Shown here piece after piece: positions 59,939 to 64,000 of a stretch of 64,000 nt of DNA. Position 1 is the stretch's first letter. Each line of letters starts with the position of its first letter. Made by a program: the position numbers and the translations under genes. The notes under the pieces were generated by a model. That model saw only the letters and a program-made list of their open reading frames with translations. It was not told the DNA's origin and did no database searches. Origin of the DNA: an uncultured Clostridia bacterium (GTDB lineage: Bacteria; Bacillota; Clostridia; Christensenellales; CAG-314); assembly GCA_944336125.1 (NCBI GenBank), contig CALVLA010000004.1:12784-76783 (forward strand). Direction: 5' to 3'.

Positions 59939-60439
59939 TTACAACAAAACGATTTTTGCCATTTCAGCAGCGTCGCCCTTTCTAGGTCCGAGCTTGTAAA
60001 TTGCGGTGTAACCGCCGCGCTGACCGCTTTGCTTAGCCCTTTCGGCATATTTAGGAGCGTAAACGTTGAAGATTTTTTCAAACAACGGGTGTTTAACGTC
60101 CTGAGTCCTGAGTTTGTATGCGGTTTTGGATTCCTTAGCGCCTTTTTCTTCTTTAAGATCGTTAAGGTTAGCCATGAGCATACGTCTGGCAGCCAACTTT
60201 TGTGGACCGTCGTTTTGAACGTCGACAGTAGTTTCTTTGCCGTCAACGATACGGACTTTCTTAGCGGTGTAAATATCTTCGTAAGTATTTACCGCAAGGG
60301 TAATATATTTTTCAGCGAGTTTCTGAACTTCTTTCGCTCTAGCGAAGGTAGTAGTGATTTCGCCTTTCCACAAAAGGTTAGATACCTGGTTTTTGAGCAA
60401 TGCCAATCTTTTGTCTGTTGCTTTACCAAGCTTGTTCAT
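59939..60439 (-). CDS. rplQ: 50S ribosomal protein L17 (with internal insertions)
   Basis: ITTTFARAKE, GGYTAIYKLGPRKGDAAEM motifs. Confidence 0.96.
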   Translation of the reverse strand: MNKLGKATDKRLALLKNQVSNLLWKGEITTTFARAKEVQKLAEKYITLAVNTYEDIYTAKKVRIVDGKETTVDVQNDGPQKLAARRMLMANLNDLKEEKGAKESKTAYKLRTQDVKHPLFEKIFNVYAPKYAERAKQSGQRGGYTAIYKLGPRKGDAAEMAKIVLL

Positions 60440-60456
60440 TATGGTATCTCCTCCTC

Positions 60457-61428
60457 TTAATCATCCTTTTCTTTTAATTGCAAGCCGTAGCTCTTGATTT
60501 TTTCAAGCACTTCGTCGAGAGATTTTCTGCCGAGGTTTCTGACTTTGAGCATATCCTCTTCGGTTCTCTTGATGAGGTCTTCGACAGTCTGGATGCCTGC
60601 GCGTTTGAGGCAGTTGTAGCTTCTGACCGACAAATCCATATCGTCGATATTCATTTCGAGCACTTTTTGCTGTTTGTCTTCCTCGCGGCTAACGAGGATA
60701 TCCATTTTGCCCATAGTTTCGGACAGATCGACGAACATTTTGATGTGATCGTCAAGAACTTTAGCGGCGAGGCTGACGATTTCCACCGCGCTGAAAGCGC
60801 CGTTGGTTTCCACGTCAAGGACAAGCTTGTCGAAGTTAATGTTTTGACCTACGCGGGCGCTTTCGACATTGTAGCTGACCTTTTTGACAGGGGTGAAAAT
60901 GGAGTCGATAGGGATGTAACCGATAGGATAAGAGAGTTTGAGTTCCCTGTTGACTTCCTTGTTTTTCTCAGCCGATACATAACCTCTGCCTCTGCCCACG
61001 TGGAGTTCGGCGTCGAGGACGGCGCCTTCGTCGAGGGTGCAGATGTAAAGGTCAGGGTTCAACACTTCGACTTCTGCGTCGGTGTCGATATCCTTAGCGT
61101 AAACTACGCAAGGGCCCTGTTTTTTGATGTTAATGATTTTTCTGAACGAAGAATCCGTGTTGGCGGATTTGAGGGCAAGGCATTTGAGGTTGAGGATAAT
61201 TTCCGTAACATCCTCTTTAACGCCCGGAATAGTTGAGAATTCGTGTTGAACGCCTTCAATTTTGATACCTACGACAGCAGCACCCGGGAGCGAACCCAAA
61301 AGAACGCGGCGCAAAGCATTGCCGAGAGTAATACCAAAACCTCTTTCAAGCGGTTCTACCACGATGTGGCAGGATGCGCCGTCAGAGCTTTCTTCGATGT
61401 ACATTTTAGGTTTTTCGATTTCCATCAT
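60457..61428 (-). CDS. rpoA: RNA polymerase alpha subunit
   Basis: EPLERGFGITLGNALRR and LSVRSYNCLKRAGI motifs. Confidence 0.99.
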   Translation of the reverse strand: MMEIEKPKMYIEESSDGASCHIVVEPLERGFGITLGNALRRVLLGSLPGAAVVGIKIEGVQHEFSTIPGVKEDVTEIILNLKCLALKSANTDSSFRKIINIKKQGPCVVYAKDIDTDAEVEVLNPDLYICTLDEGAVLDAELHVGRGRGYVSAEKNKEVNRELKLSYPIGYIPIDSIFTPVKKVSYNVESARVGQNINFDKLVLDVETNGAFSAVEIVSLAAKVLDDHIKMFVDLSETMGKMDILVSREEDKQQKVLEMNIDDMDLSVRSYNCLKRAGIQTVEDLIKRTEEDMLKVRNLGRKSLDEVLEKIKSYGLQLKEKDD

Positions 61429-61455
61429 AAGATAGATCCTCCTTAGGGGTTAAGC

Positions 61456-62082
61456 TTATTTGCTGTACAATTCGACGATAAGCTGTTCGCGAACGTCCAT
61501 ACCGATGTCTTCTCTTTCAGGAAGAGCGATAACTTTACCGGAAAGGGTATTGATATCGAACTCCAACCATTTAGGGATGACGCCGTTAGGTTTTCTCTCC
61601 TTCAATTGTTTAAAGAAAGTATTGTTTGCTTTGGACTCTTTAACCGCGATAACGTCCCCTGCTTTAACGATGTATGAAGGGATAGTAACGGTTTTGCCGT
61701 TAACGGTGATGTGAGCGTGGTTAACGAGCTGACGAGCCTGGCTTCTGGAAACGCCAACGCCTACACGGTAAACGACGTTGTCAAGTCTTCTTTCGAGGAG
61801 CTGGAGCATGTTTTCACCGGTAACGCCCTTGCGTCTGTCTGCTTCTACGTAGTAGCTGTGGAATTGTTTTTCGCACAAGCCGTAAATTCTTTTAACTTTT
61901 TGTTTTTCCCTGAGCTGAGTGCCGTATTCCGTTACTTTCTTTCTTGCGGCGCCGTGCTGACCGGGAGCAACAGCTCTGCGGTTCATAGCGCAAGCCGCGG
62001 AGTAACATCTGTCGCCTTTAAGGAAAAGTTTTGCGCCTTCGCGTCTGCAAAGACGGCAATCAGGACCTGTATATCTAGCCAT
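61456..62082 (-). CDS. rpsD: 30S ribosomal protein S4
   Basis: [16 protein letters not shown] and [11 protein letters not shown] motifs. Confidence 0.99.
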   Translation of the reverse strand: MARYTGPDCRLCRREGAKLFLKGDRCYSAACAMNRRAVAPGQHGAARKKVTEYGTQLREKQKVKRIYGLCEKQFHSYYVEADRRKGVTGENMLQLLERRLDNVVYRVGVGVSRSQARQLVNHAHITVNGKTVTIPSYIVKAGDVIAVKESKANNTFFKQLKERKPNGVIPKWLEFDINTLSGKVIALPEREDIGMDVREQLIVELYSK

Positions 62083-62096
62083 TTTAAATTCCTCCG

Positions 62097-62486
62097 TTAA
62101 ACTCTTCTTTTCTTAGGCGGACGGCAACCGTTGTGAGCGATCGGAGAAACGTCTTTGATGAGCGTAACTTCGATTTCCGCCGTTTGCATAGCGCGGATAG
62201 CAGATTCACGACCTGCACCCGGACCTTTTACGTAAACTTCAACGCTTCTTACGCCGTATTCTTTAGCGGCGAGAGCGGCTTTTTCTGCAGCGGACTGAGC
62301 TGCGAAAGCTGTACTTTTACGTGAGCCTCTGAAACCCAAAGCACCTGCGGAGCATTGGCTCAACGCATTGCCTTCCATATCGGTAACGGTAATGATGGTG
62401 TTGTTGAAAGAGGCTTGAATATGCACTTGACCTTTGTCAACGTGTCTCAAAATCTTTTTCTTTTTGGTAACTTTTTTTACTGCCAT
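62097..62486 (-). CDS. rpsK: 30S ribosomal protein S11
   Basis: SFNNTI, GFRGSRK and [12 protein letters not shown] motifs. Confidence 0.99.
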   Translation of the reverse strand: MAVKKVTKKKKILRHVDKGQVHIQASFNNTIITVTDMEGNALSQCSAGALGFRGSRKSTAFAAQSAAEKAALAAKEYGVRSVEVYVKGPGAGRESAIRAMQTAEIEVTLIKDVSPIAHNGCRPPKKRRV

Positions 62487-62497
62487 ATCAAAACTCC

Positions 62498-62869
62498 TTA
62501 CTTCTTCTTACCTTTCGATACAGTGCGTTTAGGACCTTTTCTGGTACGAGCGTTTTGTTTAGTGGATTGACCCCTTACAGGAAGTCCTTTTCTGTGACGG
62601 ATACCGCGGTAAGAACCGATTTCCATCATATGTTTAATGTTCAAAGCGACTTCACGTCTGAGGTCGCCTTCGACATGCAGATTGTGTTCGATATACTCTC
62701 TGAGTTTGCTGACGTCTGTTTCGGACAAGTCTTTGACGCGTGTGTCAGGATTTACGCCTGTTTCAGCGAGAATCTTGTCAGCGGTCGGCCTGCCGATACC
62801 GAAGATGTATGTAAGGCCGATTTCAATTCGTTTTTCTCTTGGCAAATCTACGCCGGAAATACGAGCCAT
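62498..62869 (-). CDS. rpsM: 30S ribosomal protein S13
   Basis: [10 protein letters not shown] and GLPVRGQ motifs. Confidence 0.99.
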   Translation of the reverse strand: MARISGVDLPREKRIEIGLTYIFGIGRPTADKILAETGVNPDTRVKDLSETDVSKLREYIEHNLHVEGDLRREVALNIKHMMEIGSYRGIRHRKGLPVRGQSTKQNARTRKGPKRTVSKGKKK

Positions 62870-63012
62870 TGAATGATTTTCCTCCTAAAAATTGTTTGAA
62901 AAAAAAGTTTGAAATATATCAAATTAACTTTGACGCAGGCGAAAAAGAAAATCGGAATGTTTTACGCCTGACGGCAAACGATTATTTTCAAAGTTAACCT
63001 CTGAAAAGAGGA

Positions 63013-63129
63013 TTAGCCTTGGCGTTGTTTGTGGTTAGGATACTTGGAGCATATAACCATAACTCTGCCGTTTCTTTTGATGATTTTGCATTTATCGCAC
63101 ATTGGTTTTACGCTAGGTCTGACCTTCAT
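63013..63129 (-). CDS. rpmJ: 50S ribosomal protein L36
   Basis: Below the ORF-track cutoff; manual translation [38 protein letters not shown]. Confidence 0.97.
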   Translation of the reverse strand: MKVRPSVKPMCDKCKIIKRNGRVMVICSKYPNHKQRQG

Positions 63130-63143
63130 AATAAATTCCTCCG

Positions 63144-63365
63144 TTATTTTTTACTTCTCCATGTAATACGGCCTTTGGTGAGGTCGTAAGGACTCATAGC
63201 CACAGTGACGCTGTCACCGGGGAGTATCTTGATATAGTTCATCCTGAGTTTGCCAGAGATATAAGCGGTAATGACCAACCCGTTAGTCAGTTTGACTTTA
63301 AAGGTGGCGTTACGCATGGCTTCCTCAACGACGCCTTCAACTTCAATTACATCGTCTTTCGACAT
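63144..63365 (-). CDS. infA: Translation initiation factor IF-1
   Basis: [10 protein letters not shown] and [10 protein letters not shown] motifs. Confidence 0.98.
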   Translation of the reverse strand: MSKDDVIEVEGVVEEAMRNATFKVKLTNGLVITAYISGKLRMNYIKILPGDSVTVAMSPYDLTKGRITWRSKK

Positions 63366-63380
63366 AAATACCTCCGTATA

Positions 63381-63659
63381 TTAGCGGTGTGACTGTGAAA
63401 AACATCTCAATCCGCTTTTAAGCTCGCTGTCGAAAACCTTTTTGTTTTCGATAAGTTTTGCGGCGATGCCGTCGAGCGAGGCTCCCGCGCTTTTGATATG
63501 TTTGATATTTTTGCGTTTGGGCTTGTTAAGTTTGTGAGTTGCGCCGTCGGAGACGAAAACGTAGTTGTCTTTGACAGGCGAAACGCAGACGTAAAAAACC
63601 CCTTTGTCTCTTCCTTTAACGGAATATACTACCGAGCCTTGTTTGAAATCAGTTGTCAT
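63381..63659 (-). CDS. KOW-domain (L14e-like) RNA-binding protein
   Basis: GSVVYSVKGRDKG..KPKRKNIKH motif; synteny between map and infA. Confidence 0.85.
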   Translation of the reverse strand: MTTDFKQGSVVYSVKGRDKGVFYVCVSPVKDNYVFVSDGATHKLNKPKRKNIKHIKSAGASLDGIAAKLIENKKVFDSELKSGLRCFSQSHR

Positions 63660-63674
63660 AAATGCTCCCGAAAA

Positions 63675-64000
63675 TCAAAGCGTCAAAATCTCGCAGCCGT
63701 CTTTGGTAACGGCTATCGTATTTTCGTAATGTGCGCTTGGTTTCCTGTCGGCGGTGACGCAAGTCCAGCCGTCGGACAAAAATTCCACTCTGTAATCACC
63801 CATGTTAACCATAGGCTCGATTGCGATAGTCATGCCGGCCTGAAGCCTCAAGCCCCTGCCGGGAACGCCGTAGTTAGGCACGTCGGGCATTTCGTGAAGG
63901 TTGTGACCTATGCCGTGACCGACAAGCACCTTAACGGTAGAATAACCGAAAGACGTGACATAGCTGTCGACAGCATGTCCGACGTCCCCCAGTCTGACTC
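63675..64000 (-). CDS. map: Methionine aminopeptidase, 5' part outside the window
   Basis: GHGIG, AIEPMVN and SAHYENT motifs. Confidence 0.95.
   Translation of the reverse strand, partial: VRLGDVGHAVDSYVTSFGYSTVKVLVGHGIGHNLHEMPDVPNYGVPGRGLRLQAGMTIAIEPMVNMGDYRVEFLSDGWTCVTADRKPSAHYENTIAVTKDGCEILTL

Overview
Chromosomal window from a spore-forming Clostridia-type bacterium (taxonomy inferred from gene content). Most genes lie on the minus strand. The housekeeping backbone includes class III FBPase (3' end cut off), the ileS operon, SRP RNA, spoIIGA-sigE, prs, rplI, the rpmG-secE-nusG-rplKAJL cluster, pgk-tpiA-gpmI-secG-rnr-smpB-ssrA, the mfd-pth region and the end of the spc/alpha operon. An accessory block at about 20.4-39.4 kb carries: an Ile-specific T-box operon (GldA/HcxA-like dehydrogenase plus BASS symporter); a collagen-like spore protein; a type II-A CRISPR-Cas9 locus (23 identical repeats, 22 spacers, tracrRNA) whose csn2 has an in-frame stop; a scrambled and partly duplicated cation/H+ antiporter around the cas insertion; a TetR module; tRNA-Val(CAC); and an AT-rich type I Thoeris system (two TIR thsB genes plus thsA) beside ssrA. 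The best leads are the Ile T-box salvage operon, the csn2 nonsense codon with the recombination scars around the cas locus, a tandem array of terminator units behind the SRP RNA, and a Mn2+ riboswitch on a CaCA antiporter. All calls come from motif recognition by eye; no database searches were run.
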